A stretch of DNA of 64,000 bases from an uncultured Actinomycetes bacterium (GTDB lineage: Bacteria > Actinomycetota > Actinomycetes > UBA12327): NCBI GenBank assembly GCA_903920865.1, contig CAIXNN010000009.1:13287-77286 (forward strand), written 5' to 3'. The notes below the pieces were generated by a model. The model worked only from the letters and a program-made list of their open reading frames with translations. It searched no databases and was not told the origin of the DNA. Of the stretch, positions 37,134 through 48,112 are shown piece after piece (position 1 is the stretch's first letter; the number at the start of each line of letters is the position of its first letter). Both the position numbers and the translations under genes were made by a program.

Positions 37134-37529
37134 CTAGGCCTTCTTCGTGGCCCAGAAAATCTCAGCAATTTCATCAATCTTGGCAAGAAGTTGATCAGCC
37201 ACGGATGGATCAACAGTGCCCTTGGTTCCGGCAGCACCAGCAAGCTTGGTGGCGTCATTGAAGAGTTGGTGCAAGTTTGGGTAGGACTCGAAGTGCGGTG
37301 GCTTGAAGTAGTCAGTCCACAACACCCACAGGTGGTGCTTGACCAAACTGGAACGCTCTTCCTTGATTCCAAGCGCGCGAGCCTTGAATGTCACATCATC
37401 TGATGCTGCGTACTTCTCCATGCAAGCCTTTACCGACTCAGCCTCAAGGCGTGCTTGAGCTGGGTCGTAAACGCCACAGGGCAGGTCGCAGTGCGCCGAG
37501 ATTACGGTCTTGGGTGCAAACAACTGCAT
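37134..37529 (-). CDS. sodN: Nickel superoxide dismutase precursor
   Basis: MQLFAPKTVISA leader followed by the Ni-hook HCDLPCGVYDPA. AGGA SD before ATG 37529. The track ORF is extended upstream. Confidence 0.9.
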   Translation of the reverse strand: MQLFAPKTVISAHCDLPCGVYDPAQARLEAESVKACMEKYAASDDVTFKARALGIKEERSSLVKHHLWVLWTDYFKPPHFESYPNLHQLFNDATKLAGAAGTKGTVDPSVADQLLAKIDEIAEIFWATKKA

Positions 37530-37648
37530 GATTTTTCCTTCCATGGAAAACATAAAAGTCCTGTGTGGTGTCCCACGAACTTCGTTCTTCCCAAAGCCTA
37601 CCCTTGTATGCGTAGGCCCACAGTGGGGATTGATCAGTCGGGACGGCA

Positions 37649-37972
37649 ATGAAGCTGCGTACCTCAGGTTTCTCACGCGCAAAGGTCGAAGGTCTATCCA
37701 TGATCCCGACCTTGGCCCCTGATGAAACCGTGCTGATTAGATGGGGATCGCAGGTGTGTATTGGCCAGGTTGTGGTGGCGCTAAGACCGGATCGACCCGA
37801 GAGCTTGATCGTCAAGCGCCTGATCCGCGGAACCGATCAAGGGTGGTGGCTTGAGGGGGATAACCCCGGAGCCTCAGACGATTCGAGAACCTTTGGTCCG
37901 GTTCCATCGCAGTGCATTGTTGGCAGAGTTGTCTTGCGGTTGAGTCGAAAAGGCATTCATCGCATTGCGTGA
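37649..37972 (+). CDS. sodX: Ni-SOD maturation protease SodX (S26 signal-peptidase family)
   Basis: VEGLSMIPTL (catalytic Ser), LIVKRLI, GDNPGASDDSR. Divergent from sodN. Confidence 0.75.
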   Translation: MKLRTSGFSRAKVEGLSMIPTLAPDETVLIRWGSQVCIGQVVVALRPDRPESLIVKRLIRGTDQGWWLEGDNPGASDDSRTFGPVPSQCIVGRVVLRLSRKGIHRIA

Positions 37973-37973
37973 C

Positions 37974-38942
37974 TTAAGGGGTGAGAACGATCTTGCCCAT
38001 CACATCGCCACTAGCCATTGCGCCAATGGCCGATGCGGCTTGGTCAAGCCCAACCACGCGATCAATGGTTGGGCGAAGGCCCGTTCCTTCAAGAAATGAC
38101 ACCAAGCTGCTGAGCTCGCCAATAGTTCCCATCGTGGAGCCCAGAACTTGAAGTTGGAGGAAGAACAAGCGCGAGAGATCTGCCGGCGGCATGGATCCGC
38201 TGGTGGCCCCGCTGATCACAATGCGCCCGCCGGGTCGAAGTGACTTCATCGAATGAGACCAGGTTGCATCGCCAACCGTTTCGATGACTGCATCTACGCG
38301 ATGGGGAAGCCGGTCGCCGGGTTCGAAAACTGCATGTGCTCCAAGGCTCAAAGCGAAGGCTCGCTTTTCTTCACTTCGACTCGTGGCCCATACGCGTAGC
38401 CCCATCGCTCGTCCCAGCGCAATCGCCGCGGTTGCCACGCCGCCAGCGGCTCCTTGAACTAGGACCGTCTCGCCGGGTGCGAGTTTGCCCACTGTGGTCA
38501 ACATCCGAAAGGCAGTCAGCCAAGCCACCGGAAGGCAAGCTGCCTCTTCAAAAGACATGCCTGAAGGTTTGTTGATGAGGTTTCGCGTGGGTACTACGAC
38601 AAATTCAGCGAAGGTGCCATTGTGCACCTCTGAAAGCAGGGAACGGCCAGGATCTAGCGTCTCGTCGCCGCCGCCGGCGGCTGGATCAGCGATCACTCCG
38701 TGAACGATGACCTCGCGGCCTGTGTCATCGATTCCGGCCGCTTCGCAACCAAGGGTGATGGGAAGCCGGTCCGAGGAAATTCCGACTCCGCGCAATGTCC
38801 ACACGTCATGGTGATTTAGACCAGCAGCCTTTACTTGAACTCTGCTCCACCCAGAATCGGGAATTGGGGTGGCAATGTCCATCAGTGAAAGAGCTGAGAC
38901 TGGGTCATCGGCTGAGGATGAAATTGCGCGCGCAGCAAGCAT
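37974..38942 (-). CDS. Zinc-type alcohol dehydrogenase / quinone oxidoreductase (MDR superfamily)
   Basis: 322 aa. Rossmann motif GAAGGVATAAIALG and an MDR N-terminal domain. Confidence 0.75.
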   Translation of the reverse strand: MLAARAISSSADDPVSALSLMDIATPIPDSGWSRVQVKAAGLNHHDVWTLRGVGISSDRLPITLGCEAAGIDDTGREVIVHGVIADPAAGGGDETLDPGRSLLSEVHNGTFAEFVVVPTRNLINKPSGMSFEEAACLPVAWLTAFRMLTTVGKLAPGETVLVQGAAGGVATAAIALGRAMGLRVWATSRSEEKRAFALSLGAHAVFEPGDRLPHRVDAVIETVGDATWSHSMKSLRPGGRIVISGATSGSMPPADLSRLFFLQLQVLGSTMGTIGELSSLVSFLEGTGLRPTIDRVVGLDQAASAIGAMASGDVMGKIVLTP

Positions 38943-39041
38943 GTGATCAGCCTAATGCGAAGCTGGCATCAAAACAGGGGACCTTAGCCTTGTTTGGCAG
39001 GGGGCAGTCCAATTGTTTTCCGAGGCCTGAAGTGAATTGAA

Positions 39042-39221
39042 TTAATCGTCATCTTCGTCGTCAAGGCGGGCCAGCCAGGTTGCCAGCCGCTCAACAGGGA
39101 TCTCAAATTCTGGGTTCAGATCAACGAAGGTGCGCATCTGATCTACCAGCCATTCAAAGGTGATTGATTCGGATCCCTTGCGGTTGCTGAGTTCCTCAAG
39201 TCCGCGGTCGGTGAAATACAT
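39042..39221 (-). CDS. Unannotated 59-aa acidic conserved-looking small protein immediately downstream of kgd
   Basis: ATG at 39219-39221, 14 nt after the kgd stop. Translates MYFTDRGLEELSNRKGSESITFEWLVDQMRTFVDLNPEFEIPVERLATWLARLDDEDDD. Below the ORF-track size cut-off. Confidence 0.45.
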   Translation of the reverse strand: MYFTDRGLEELSNRKGSESITFEWLVDQMRTFVDLNPEFEIPVERLATWLARLDDEDDD

Positions 39222-39235
39222 AGGTGCATCCGGCC

Positions 39236-42200
39236 TTAAGCGAAGGCGGCCGCGACGAGTTCGCGTTGTTCGCCGTCATGGACATTGTGGGAACCGCTAG
39301 CCGGAGCCGAAGCTGCATCGCGAGAAATCAGGCGGATTGAGCGGGCCAGGGCCGGTGCCAAGTTGAGCCCCATGAAAGGCCACGCACCCTGGTTAGCGGG
39401 TTCTTCTTGAACCCACACAACCTCAACATCTCGGGGGTAAGAACTGAGCACCCGAGCAATATCTACTACTGGCAGCGGGTACAACTGTTCAACGCGAACG
39501 ATTGCGGTCGTCTTGGCGAGATCCTCGTCCAGGCTTTGGCGGTGGGCAATCAAGTCATGCGTGATCTTGCCTGAACACAGTAAGACGCGCCGAACCCGAG
39601 AGGTTTCAACGCTGTTGTCTTCAATGATCGGGGTGAACTTGCCGGAGGTGAATTCCTCGGTGGCCGAGCTTGCTGCCTTAAGCCGGAGCATGGATTTCGG
39701 CGTGGCCACAATGAGTGGACGCACGCAGTCTGCGAGTACGTGATTGCGTAGCAGGTGGAAGTAGGACGATGGTGAAGATGGCATCGCAACTGTCATATTG
39801 TCTTGCGCGCACAGTTGCAAGAAGCGCTCAATGCGAGCCGATGAGTGGTCTGGACCTTGTCCCTCGAGGCCGTGTGGCAAAAGGAGAGCCACAGCCGATC
39901 GCTGACCCCACTTTTGTTCACCGGAAGAAATGAATTCGTCAATGATGGTTTGTGCACCATTAACAAAGTCGCCGAACTGGGCTTCCCACATCACCAAGGC
40001 TTCTGGCCGAGCCACTGCATAGCCGTACTCAAACCCGAGTGCGGCGTATTCACTGAGCAATGAGTCGTAGGCGTAAAGCCGCGAGCCGTTGGTATACAGC
40101 GTCTTCAACGGCTTAAAGGCGTGGCCATCAACTTTGTCCATGATGACAGCGTGACGTTGTCCGAAGGTTCCACGACGGCTGTCTTGTCCGGCTAGTCGAA
40201 CGGATCGTCCTTCGGCAAGGAGCGAGCCCATCGCCAGCATTTCTGCTGTTGCCCAGTCGATGGTTCCATCGGCGATCATTTGCACTCGTCGTTGCAACTG
40301 CGGTGCCAACCGTGGGTGCACGTGGAAACCTTCGGGCAAGTCAACTTGGGTGCGAACTACTCGATCAACGAGTTCGCGCGAGATGGCTGTCTCAGCAATG
40401 ACATTAGATTGAACCGGCGCCGGAGTGGCAGCCTCAATCGGGTGTGCGTGCGCTTCTTGAACTTCCCGGTGTGCATTGTCGAGCAACTGCTGGAATTCAC
40501 GAAGGGCTTGTTCGGCCTCGTCAACGGTGATGTCGCCGCGACCAACCAAACTTTCGGTGTAACGCTTACGGGTTGAGCGCTTTTGATCGATGCGCTCGTA
40601 CATCATGGGTTGAGTCAACGACGGGTCGTCAGCCTCGTTGTGTCCGCGAAGGCGGTAACACACCATGTCAACGACAACGTCCTTGTGGAATGCCTGACGG
40701 AACTCAAAGGCGAGCCTGGCCGCGTAGACCACGGCTTCAGGGTCATCTCCATTGACGTGGAAAATAGGGGCTTGAATCATGCGGGCAATATCAGTTGCGT
40801 ACACAGAAGATCGTGAGTGTTCTGGAGCGGTGGTAAAGCCGACCTGGTTGTTCACGATGATGTGGACGGTGCCGCCGGTGCGGTAGCCGCGAAGTTGCGA
40901 AAGGTTCAAGGTTTCAGCGACAACACCTTGACCGGCAAAAGCAGCATCGCCGTGCATCAGCAGCGGCAAGATGTTGAACGGTCCTTCTTCCTTGGTCAGC
41001 ATGTCCTGTTTTGCGCGAACAATGCCCTGCAGAACTGGATTGACAGCTTCCAGGTGCGAAGGGTTCGCGGCCAAGTACACCGAACAGGTTTTCCCTGAGT
41101 CAGCGGCGAATGTTCCTTCAGTTCCTAGGTGGTATTTCACATCCCCCGAACCTTGAACCGAACCTGGCATCACTGTTCCGTCAAATTCACGGAAGATCTG
41201 GCTGTACGACTTGCCGGCAATGGCGGCAAGGACATTGAGGCGACCACGGTGTGGCATTCCGATGCAGACTTCACGAAGACCGTTGTCGGCGGCAGCACTG
41301 AGCACCGCATCAAGAAGTGGAATCAGTGACTCGCCGCCTTCAAGCGAGAAGCGCTTTTGGCCAACGTATTTGGTCTGCAGGAAGGTCTCGAAGGCTTCAC
41401 CAGCATTCAGACGACCCAAGATGCGAAGTTGCTCGGCCGAGTCAGGCTTGGCGTGAGCTCGTTCAAGACGAGCCTGAAGCCAGCGTCGTTGCTCGGGGTC
41501 TTGAATTTGCATGTACTCAACCCCGAGCGTGCGGCAGTACGAATCGCGCAGCAGGGTCAAAATTTCGCGCAAGGTGGCAATCGGCTTACCGCCAAATCCA
41601 CCGGTGGCAAATTCGCGGTCGAGGTCCCAGACGGTCAAACCGTGAGACTTCAGATCCAAACCAACATTGGCTCGCTTTTCGTAGGTCAGCGGGTTGGTGT
41701 CTGCCATCAGATGGCCACGAACTCTAAAAGCATGAATGAGTTCTTGAACGCGTGCAGTCTTGTTGACGTCATCCTCGTGGGAGGCAACAACATCGGTTTC
41801 CCAGCGGATCGGTGTGTAGGGAATGCGCAAAGATTCAAAGACATCATCGTAGAAGGCGTTTTCACCAAGCAGTAGTTGGTGAATAGTGCGCAGGAAGTCA
41901 CCTGACTGAGCGCCCTGAATGATGCGGTGGTCATAGGTGGAGGTCAACGTCATGATCTTGCCGATAGCCATTCGCGCAAGCGTTTCGGCTGATGCCCCTT
42001 GATACTCGGCTGGGTATTCCATGGCGCCGACGCCGACGATGGTTCCTTGGCCTTGCATCAATCGTGGTACCGAGTGGACTGTGCCGATGGTGCCCGGGTT
42101 TGTCAGGGTGATGGTGGTGCCGGCAAAGTCATCTACCGAGAGCTTGTTTGCACGCGCACGCCGAACGACATCTTCGTAGGCAGCCCAGAACTGAGCAAAA

Positions 42201-42892
42201 TCCATATTCTGGGTTGCTTTGATGGACGGAACCAAGAGCTGCCTGGAGCCATCTTCCTTAGCAACGTCAATGGCTAGACCGAAATTGATGGAAGCGTTCT
42301 TACTGACAGCAGGTTTGCCATCCACCGTGGTAAATGAGTTGTTCATTTCTGGGAATGCTTTAAGGGCTTGGACTATGGCATAGCCAATCAGGTGCGTGAA
42401 GGAAATCTTTCCACCGCGTCCGCGCGCAAGTTGTTGATTGATGATCGCTCGGTTCTCGATCAATAGTGTGGCTGGTACCGCTCGCACACTAGTGGCAGTT
42501 GGAACGCTTAATGAGGCATCCATGTTGGTCACCACACGTGCCGCTGGTCCACGCAAAATTTCTGCCGCTGGTTGAGCTGATGCCACAGTAGGTGTCGCGC
42601 TCGTTGCGGTTGGTGCTGTGTTAGTCGGGGCAGTGGCAACCGGAGTGGTCAAAGCAGGTACTGACTGCGCAGGGGTCTGTCCGGTTGCTACCTGAGGTGA
42701 AGCAGGAGCTGGTGTTTGTGGATTCGGTACAGACGGGCTTGCTACGGATTGGCCATCACTGGGTGTGTAGTCAGCAAAAAAGTCCCACCATGCTGGGTTA
42801 ACACTGTCCTTATCGCGCAGATACGACTGATACATCTCATCAACGAGCCACTGATTGGGTCCGAAGGCATCCATTGGGGACTCGGCAGTCAC
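39236..42892 (-). CDS. kgd: Multifunctional 2-oxoglutarate decarboxylase/dehydrogenase E1 with fused E2 acyltransferase domain (Kgd/OdhA type)
   Basis: 1218 aa. An N-terminal low-complexity linker, then the E2 catalytic domain ([13 protein letters not shown]), then a ThDP-dependent E1. Collinear with mycobacterial Kgd. Confidence 0.95.
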   Translation of the reverse strand: MTAESPMDAFGPNQWLVDEMYQSYLRDKDSVNPAWWDFFADYTPSDGQSVASPSVPNPQTPAPASPQVATGQTPAQSVPALTTPVATAPTNTAPTATSATPTVASAQPAAEILRGPAARVVTNMDASLSVPTATSVRAVPATLLIENRAIINQQLARGRGGKISFTHLIGYAIVQALKAFPEMNNSFTTVDGKPAVSKNASINFGLAIDVAKEDGSRQLLVPSIKATQNMDFAQFWAAYEDVVRRARANKLSVDDFAGTTITLTNPGTIGTVHSVPRLMQGQGTIVGVGAMEYPAEYQGASAETLARMAIGKIMTLTSTYDHRIIQGAQSGDFLRTIHQLLLGENAFYDDVFESLRIPYTPIRWETDVVASHEDDVNKTARVQELIHAFRVRGHLMADTNPLTYEKRANVGLDLKSHGLTVWDLDREFATGGFGGKPIATLREILTLLRDSYCRTLGVEYMQIQDPEQRRWLQARLERAHAKPDSAEQLRILGRLNAGEAFETFLQTKYVGQKRFSLEGGESLIPLLDAVLSAAADNGLREVCIGMPHRGRLNVLAAIAGKSYSQIFREFDGTVMPGSVQGSGDVKYHLGTEGTFAADSGKTCSVYLAANPSHLEAVNPVLQGIVRAKQDMLTKEEGPFNILPLLMHGDAAFAGQGVVAETLNLSQLRGYRTGGTVHIIVNNQVGFTTAPEHSRSSVYATDIARMIQAPIFHVNGDDPEAVVYAARLAFEFRQAFHKDVVVDMVCYRLRGHNEADDPSLTQPMMYERIDQKRSTRKRYTESLVGRGDITVDEAEQALREFQQLLDNAHREVQEAHAHPIEAATPAPVQSNVIAETAISRELVDRVVRTQVDLPEGFHVHPRLAPQLQRRVQMIADGTIDWATAEMLAMGSLLAEGRSVRLAGQDSRRGTFGQRHAVIMDKVDGHAFKPLKTLYTNGSRLYAYDSLLSEYAALGFEYGYAVARPEALVMWEAQFGDFVNGAQTIIDEFISSGEQKWGQRSAVALLLPHGLEGQGPDHSSARIERFLQLCAQDNMTVAMPSSPSSYFHLLRNHVLADCVRPLIVATPKSMLRLKAASSATEEFTSGKFTPIIEDNSVETSRVRRVLLCSGKITHDLIAHRQSLDEDLAKTTAIVRVEQLYPLPVVDIARVLSSYPRDVEVVWVQEEPANQGAWPFMGLNLAPALARSIRLISRDAASAPASGSHNVHDGEQRELVAAAFA

Positions 42893-42975
42893 GGGTTTTC
42901 TCGGGCCTCTCGCACGGGGAACCGGTCTATTGATAACAGTAGTGCGCGCAGATTATTAATGCGTGACTGGGCGGA

Positions 42976-43815
42976 TCACTCCGGTGGCGGACCCCAGTAC
43001 GGCTTCATCCGGGAGTCTTCATCCCAGCCTGGGACGATGCGCAGAACCCGACGGTCGTTACGCAAGATCTCGTCAGCATGTGCGCGGACGGCTTCAAAAT
43101 CATCGGTGGCGTGCAGGAACTTGCCATCGAAGTCATCCCACTGACCAGTGGCGCAGGCCACGACGAGATCGCAGATGCGCTCAACTGGGGTCCAGCCCCC
43201 GGGGGGTGCAGCTGGCGCATCGTTGGCTGAGGTCAAAACCAAGCCGGGGGACAGGTCAAGGGCATGAACTCCTGTTCCCTTGAGCTGCGAGGCCAGTTGA
43301 TCGGTGAGGCGGAAAAGTCCCGATTTACTCACCGGATATGCGCCGTCAGTCATCGACAGTGCTGCTGCTCCGGCTAGGGAGTTCATCGCAAGGACGTACC
43401 CTTCGCCACGAGCGACCATGGCGGGCAAGGCGTAACGCACAAAGAGGTAAGGGCCCAGCAAGTTGGTCTCAACACGTGACCACCAATCTTTCGGGTCTGA
43501 TTCCCAAAGCTTGGCGCCATCCCATGAGGCTGACCTGGCTGCGTTATTGACCAGAAGGTAGATAGGACCAAGGTCTGCTTCGGTGCTCGCAATAATTTTT
43601 TCCACTGCAGATTGATCGGCCACATCTGCCGCGAAGGCGATTGCCTGCCCGCCGGCAGCCACAATTTCATCGCGCGCTGACTCCACATCGGCCTGGGTGC
43701 GGGCAACCAGCGCGACCTTCATGCCCTCAGCGGACAGGCGCACAGCAAGTGAACGCCCGATTCCTCGGCCAGCTCCGGTAATTAATGCGACGCGACCGTT
43801 GAGGTCATTGGCCAT
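42976..43815 (-). CDS. SDR family oxidoreductase
   Basis: TGAGRGIG cofactor motif and a YxxxK catalytic dyad region. Confidence 0.85.
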   Translation of the reverse strand: MANDLNGRVALITGAGRGIGRSLAVRLSAEGMKVALVARTQADVESARDEIVAAGGQAIAFAADVADQSAVEKIIASTEADLGPIYLLVNNAARSASWDGAKLWESDPKDWWSRVETNLLGPYLFVRYALPAMVARGEGYVLAMNSLAGAAALSMTDGAYPVSKSGLFRLTDQLASQLKGTGVHALDLSPGLVLTSANDAPAAPPGGWTPVERICDLVVACATGQWDDFDGKFLHATDDFEAVRAHADEILRNDRRVLRIVPGWDEDSRMKPYWGPPPE

Positions 43816-43820
43816 GGGTT

Positions 43821-44435
43821 TTACTCCGAGTCTGTCTTTGAGTGCGCTGTTGTGATCAAGTGCTTTAAACGCTCTATTGCCTGGGTGCGGCTATCGTGCC
43901 ACGAATGCACACTTTCGGCAGAGATTTGCGCAACTCGTCGGGCGAAGGTGGCATCAAGGGCCCAAAGGAAACCTCCTTGAACCGCGACGCCCGCACCGAT
44001 GCCCATCCACTCACTTGCTGGTCGGGAAGTTCGTCGACTCAAGGGACCAGCAGCCAGCATCGTTGCCACTCCAGCCGCGACGTAGCCAACATCGAGAGCA
44101 GCATTGAAGGCTAGGAGCTTGTGGAGCTTGTCTGCTTTAGCTTGGGCTTTGCCTTCATCGCTGATTCTTTCGTCCGGTGATGCTGACTCATCGCCCGTTG
44201 CTTGGAGCACGTCAGTTTGACTTTGTCGCCACTTTCCAAAACCTGCAATGGCTCCATCAATGGCGCCCCAGCCCAAGGTCTGACCGGCGAACCCTTTCAA
44301 GAAGGGTGAATCTGTCATTGTGCCTAGGGTTTTCAAAACCGATCCCACCGCAACACTGCTCGCTGCCCATTGGCCAAGGGCGCTGGTGAGCTCTTGTTCG
44401 AGTTCGGTGGTGTCAGGTACGGCCATGTGATCCAT
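43821..44435 (-). CDS. Hypothetical protein
   Basis: 204 aa, a 5-nt gap to the SDR gene, no recognised motif. Confidence 0.4.
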   Translation of the reverse strand: MDHMAVPDTTELEQELTSALGQWAASSVAVGSVLKTLGTMTDSPFLKGFAGQTLGWGAIDGAIAGFGKWRQSQTDVLQATGDESASPDERISDEGKAQAKADKLHKLLAFNAALDVGYVAAGVATMLAAGPLSRRTSRPASEWMGIGAGVAVQGGFLWALDATFARRVAQISAESVHSWHDSRTQAIERLKHLITTAHSKTDSE

Positions 44436-44481
44436 TGTGCTGCCTGCGAACCGATTACGCCTAGTGGCTTGTGAACTTTGA

Positions 44482-45171
44482 CTAGGTTCGTCGGAAGATC
44501 AGGTCAAAGATTTTGTGGCCCTTGGCAATCCCTGCACTTTCGTAGCGAGTCACCGGGCGCCACTGTGGGCGCGGTGCAAAATCTTGAACGGTGTTGGTCA
44601 ATTCTGAACAGTTAGTAAGCACCTTCAGCATGTGTTCGGCATAGGGCTGCCAATCCGTGGCGCAATGAAGCGTTGCCCCTGATTTCATTGCGCTAACAAG
44701 CAGGCGGACGAAGTCAGGTTGAATCAAGCGGCGCTTATTGTGACGGGCCTTGGGCCAAGGGTCAGGGAAGTAGATGCGAACTCCATCAAGGCAATCGTTG
44801 GGCACCATGTGGTTGAGGTAGGAAACGGCATCGGTGTTCAGGGCACGCACATTGGTCAGATTGCCATGGTCAATTTCTTGGAGTAGCCGTGCAATGCCAC
44901 GGACATGAACGTCAAAGGCGACTATTGCGATCTCAGGTTGGGCTGCTGCCATTGCCGTTGTTGCTTCCCCAAAGCCACAGCCAATGTCAAAGATGACTGG
45001 GGTAGCACCAAAGGTTGCGATCGGATCAAAGGGTGCTTGCGGATCAAGGATGAAACTTCCCTGATGGCTAGTGATGGTTTTTGCCGTCAGTGGACTGATT
45101 CGACCTTGGCGAGCATGGAAGGTGCGGATGCCCCGCTTTTGGTCCTGTTTGGGTGAATTCGTAAAGCTCAT
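44482..45171 (-). CDS. trmB: tRNA (guanine46-N7)-methyltransferase
   Basis: SAM-binding motif GCGFGE and the YFPDPWPK motif. Confidence 0.9.
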   Translation of the reverse strand: MSFTNSPKQDQKRGIRTFHARQGRISPLTAKTITSHQGSFILDPQAPFDPIATFGATPVIFDIGCGFGEATTAMAAAQPEIAIVAFDVHVRGIARLLQEIDHGNLTNVRALNTDAVSYLNHMVPNDCLDGVRIYFPDPWPKARHNKRRLIQPDFVRLLVSAMKSGATLHCATDWQPYAEHMLKVLTNCSELTNTVQDFAPRPQWRPVTRYESAGIAKGHKIFDLIFRRT

Positions 45172-45173
45172 AG

Positions 45174-46220
45174 TTAGGACTTTGCAGCAGTTTTCGCACC
45201 AGTGATTTTGGCGGTGCGCTGTGAATCAAAAAGGACAACCCAAATCTGTCCAGCTTTCATCGGGAAATCTTTACCTTGGTACAGCCAGCGCGTTGGCGAC
45301 TTTGGATTCGGACGAGTCCAGGTCAAGGCGTACGAGCGACCATCGCGCAAGGCGATGGCTTTACCGCTACCCACGGTTCGAACTTTAGGAACTGGGTTGC
45401 GCGCAACATCCTTGCGACCGGTGGTGGTCAGGCGCACTGACTGAATAAGCACAGTGGAGGCGGCGACTTGCCCTTGACTTGATGTGTCGAGTTTCCCGCC
45501 TAAGGAATAGGCCCATAAGCCGGTGGATTTGTTGTACGCAAACAAGACGCGGGCGCTGGGAAATGACGCGGTGACGGTGCTTGCTGGTTTGCCGCCGGCC
45601 GGAAGTGATCCAAAAGTAAAACCAACATCTACTGGCTGGGCTGATCCTTTGGCTCGCTTGATCAGTCGAGCGGGGCGAGCGAATTCGTTGTACGGAGCAT
45701 TGCGATAGGACAGGCGGCCGTAGCCCCCGCTGTATTTTTCAGCACTGACATCAACTAATCCTGCTTGTTTGACTAATGCGTGCACCGCATCAACCGAGCC
45801 ACTAAAGCCAAAGGCAATCTTGCCGTACATCGGTAGCAGTTCCGCATCAGTTTCGCGTGCACTGCGAACCGGTGCGATCACGTCAGGAAGTTTCGTCGAG
45901 TAGATCGCGGCCAGCCGTGATAGTCCACCTTCGACTTGTTCAACATAGACAACATCAGCAGGAACTAATCCGATATGCGGAAGCGAATTTCCGGTGTTAT
46001 CCATTTTGATGGCAAGGACCGGCCCATCTGCGAGAGCTCGGCCACTAAGAATTGATGTGGCCGTTGGCGTGGGAGTGCTCACCGTTGGACTTGGTGTGGG
46101 TTTACTCGTGCCGCCACAGGCTGCCAGGGCTAGGACCAAAGTAAGCCCGGCCGCAAACACCACCATGCGAGAAGTTTTTTGCCCGAGAAGGTGCTCTTTG
46201 AATTGCTTGCGCGAGGCCAT
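45174..46220 (-). CDS. DUF3048-like secreted lipoprotein
   Basis: Start at ATG 46220 gives MASRKQ...LALAACGG (lipobox). The track ORF runs on into the tRNA gene. Central region LAIKMDNTGNSLPHIGL resembles DUF3048. Confidence 0.5.
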   Translation of the reverse strand: MASRKQFKEHLLGQKTSRMVVFAAGLTLVLALAACGGTSKPTPSPTVSTPTPTATSILSGRALADGPVLAIKMDNTGNSLPHIGLVPADVVYVEQVEGGLSRLAAIYSTKLPDVIAPVRSARETDAELLPMYGKIAFGFSGSVDAVHALVKQAGLVDVSAEKYSGGYGRLSYRNAPYNEFARPARLIKRAKGSAQPVDVGFTFGSLPAGGKPASTVTASFPSARVLFAYNKSTGLWAYSLGGKLDTSSQGQVAASTVLIQSVRLTTTGRKDVARNPVPKVRTVGSGKAIALRDGRSYALTWTRPNPKSPTRWLYQGKDFPMKAGQIWVVLFDSQRTAKITGAKTAAKS

Positions 46221-46255
46221 AGTCCTCAACCTAGGCGATGAATACAGGAAAACTG

Positions 46256-46327
46256 TGCCCCCGGCAGGATTCGAACCTGCGCGCATGCCTCCGGAGGGCA
46301 CCGCTCTATCCCCTGAGCTACGGGGGC
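46256..46327 (-). tRNA. tRNA-Arg (anticodon CCG)
   Basis: Reverse complement is GCCCCCGTAGCTCAGGGGATAGAGCGGTGCCCTCCGGAGGCATGCGCGCAGGTTCGAATCCTGCCGGGGGCA. Cloverleaf is intact with anticodon loop CTCCGGA. CCA is not encoded. Confidence 0.9.
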
Positions 46328-46383
46328 TCGGGACTGCCGAACCCTACCGGAGTCGAATCCTCACACGTCTAGTCTGATCACCT

Positions 46384-48078
46384 ATGACACCCGCTGAGCT
46401 TGCCGATGCTGTCGCCCTCGCGGTGCGCGATGCCGTCGCGGCCAATGAATTGCCCGTCGAGGTCGGCCAGGTCCCACTCGATATCAAGGTGGAGCGACCA
46501 CGCAGCAAGGAACACGGTGATTACGCAACAAGTGTTGCGATGATCATCTCGAAGTCAGCGGGTAAGAACCCGCGGGAAGTTGCCGAAGTCCTCAAAGCTC
46601 GGTTGGAAAAAGTTGCAGGAATTACCGCAGTTGACATTGCCGGTCCTGGTTTTTTAAACATCACCCTTGAAGCAGGTGCACAAGGTGTGCTCGCGGAAAA
46701 CATTTTGTCAGCCGGCGAAAACTACGGCCACAGTCAAGTGCTGTCACATCGAATTATCAACCTTGAATTTATTTCTGCAAATCCCACCGGCCCTTTGCAT
46801 TTAGGTCACGCTCGGTGGGCCGCCGTTGGCGATGCTCTCGGACGTGTGCTCAGCGCCGCTGGTGCGAAGGTGACTCGGGAGTTCTATATCAACGATGCTG
46901 GTGTGCAGATGGATCGCTTCGGTGCATCCCTTCAGGCTGCTGCAACCGGCCAGGACATCCCAGAAGATGGTTACCACGGGGCTTACATTCCGACCTTGGC
47001 CGCTCAGGTTGTGCAGGAAAACCCGCAGATCGTCAACCTTGAAGGCTCGGCTCAACAAACGGCCTTCCGCGACGATGGATATCGCCTTCAACTCAAGCAG
47101 CAGCAGGAAATTCTTGAGCAGTTCGGCACTGTTTTTGATGTCTGGTTTAGCGAAACCGTGCTGCATGCATCCGGTGATGTGGATGCGGCCATTGAAACCT
47201 TGCGCGGACAAGGGCATGTCTTTGACAAAGACGGCGCGGTTTGGTTGCGCACCACTGAGTTTGGTGATGACAAAGATCGTGTGATGGTCAAAGGCGATGG
47301 CGAAAAGACCTACTTCGCCGCCGATGCTGCTTATTACCTCAATAAGCGGGCCCGAGGCTTTGACCAATGCATGTACATGCTGGGCGCCGATCACCATGGC
47401 TATGTCCAACGACTCAAGGCGATTGCGGCCTGCGCCGGTGATGATCCAAAAGTCAACATCGAGGTACTCATTGGACAGCTTGTAAAAATTGTTGAAGATG
47501 GCAAGGAGATGCGGCTGTCCAAACGAGCCGGAAACATCATTACCTTGGAGGACTTGGTCGAATGGGTTGGAGTTGATGCGGCGCGTTATTCGTTGGCGCG
47601 ATCCTCAGCTGATACGCCGTTAACCCTTGACACCAAGGTGTTAACTGCCCGCACCAATGACAATCCAGTCTTTACTGTGCAATACGCCCATGCGCGGATC
47701 TCTTCGGTGCTGCGAAATGCTGTTGAACTCGAAGTCATCGGTGAGGGCGAGATCGCCTCCGCCTTGCAAGCTGCGGGCCCCTTCGATCCGGCCTTGCTCA
47801 ATCACGAACGCGAAGGCGATTTGTTGGGCGCGCTAGCTGAATTTCCGCGGGTAGTTGCCAGTGCTGCCGAACTGTTCGAACCGCACCGAGTGGCTCGCTA
47901 TCTCGAAGAGCTTGCCGGCACCTATCACCGGTTTTATGACGCGTGCCGGGTATTGCCCCACGGCGACGAGGAAGTCACGCCCTTAGTTCTGGCTCGTCTA
48001 CGGTTGTGCGCGGCAACGCGCGTGGTGGTGGCAAATGGCTTGCAGTTACTTGGCGTCTCGGCCCCCGAGCGTATGTAG
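46384..48078 (+). CDS. argS: Arginine--tRNA ligase
   Basis: HIGH-type motif PTGPLHLGHAR and the class I KMSK region. Confidence 0.95.
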   Translation: MTPAELADAVALAVRDAVAANELPVEVGQVPLDIKVERPRSKEHGDYATSVAMIISKSAGKNPREVAEVLKARLEKVAGITAVDIAGPGFLNITLEAGAQGVLAENILSAGENYGHSQVLSHRIINLEFISANPTGPLHLGHARWAAVGDALGRVLSAAGAKVTREFYINDAGVQMDRFGASLQAAATGQDIPEDGYHGAYIPTLAAQVVQENPQIVNLEGSAQQTAFRDDGYRLQLKQQQEILEQFGTVFDVWFSETVLHASGDVDAAIETLRGQGHVFDKDGAVWLRTTEFGDDKDRVMVKGDGEKTYFAADAAYYLNKRARGFDQCMYMLGADHHGYVQRLKAIAACAGDDPKVNIEVLIGQLVKIVEDGKEMRLSKRAGNIITLEDLVEWVGVDAARYSLARSSADTPLTLDTKVLTARTNDNPVFTVQYAHARISSVLRNAVELEVIGEGEIASALQAAGPFDPALLNHEREGDLLGALAEFPRVVASAAELFEPHRVARYLEELAGTYHRFYDACRVLPHGDEEVTPLVLARLRLCAATRVVVANGLQLLGVSAPERM

Positions 48079-48112
48079 TGCTGCTTAAGCCTTTCTCCGG
48101 CACACTAGTTGC

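Noticed and set aside
46221-46301. Upstream extension of the DUF3048 lipoprotein ORF across tRNA-Arg
   Set aside because: It overlaps a structurally perfect tRNA gene. The internal ATG 46220 gives a signal peptide plus lipobox.
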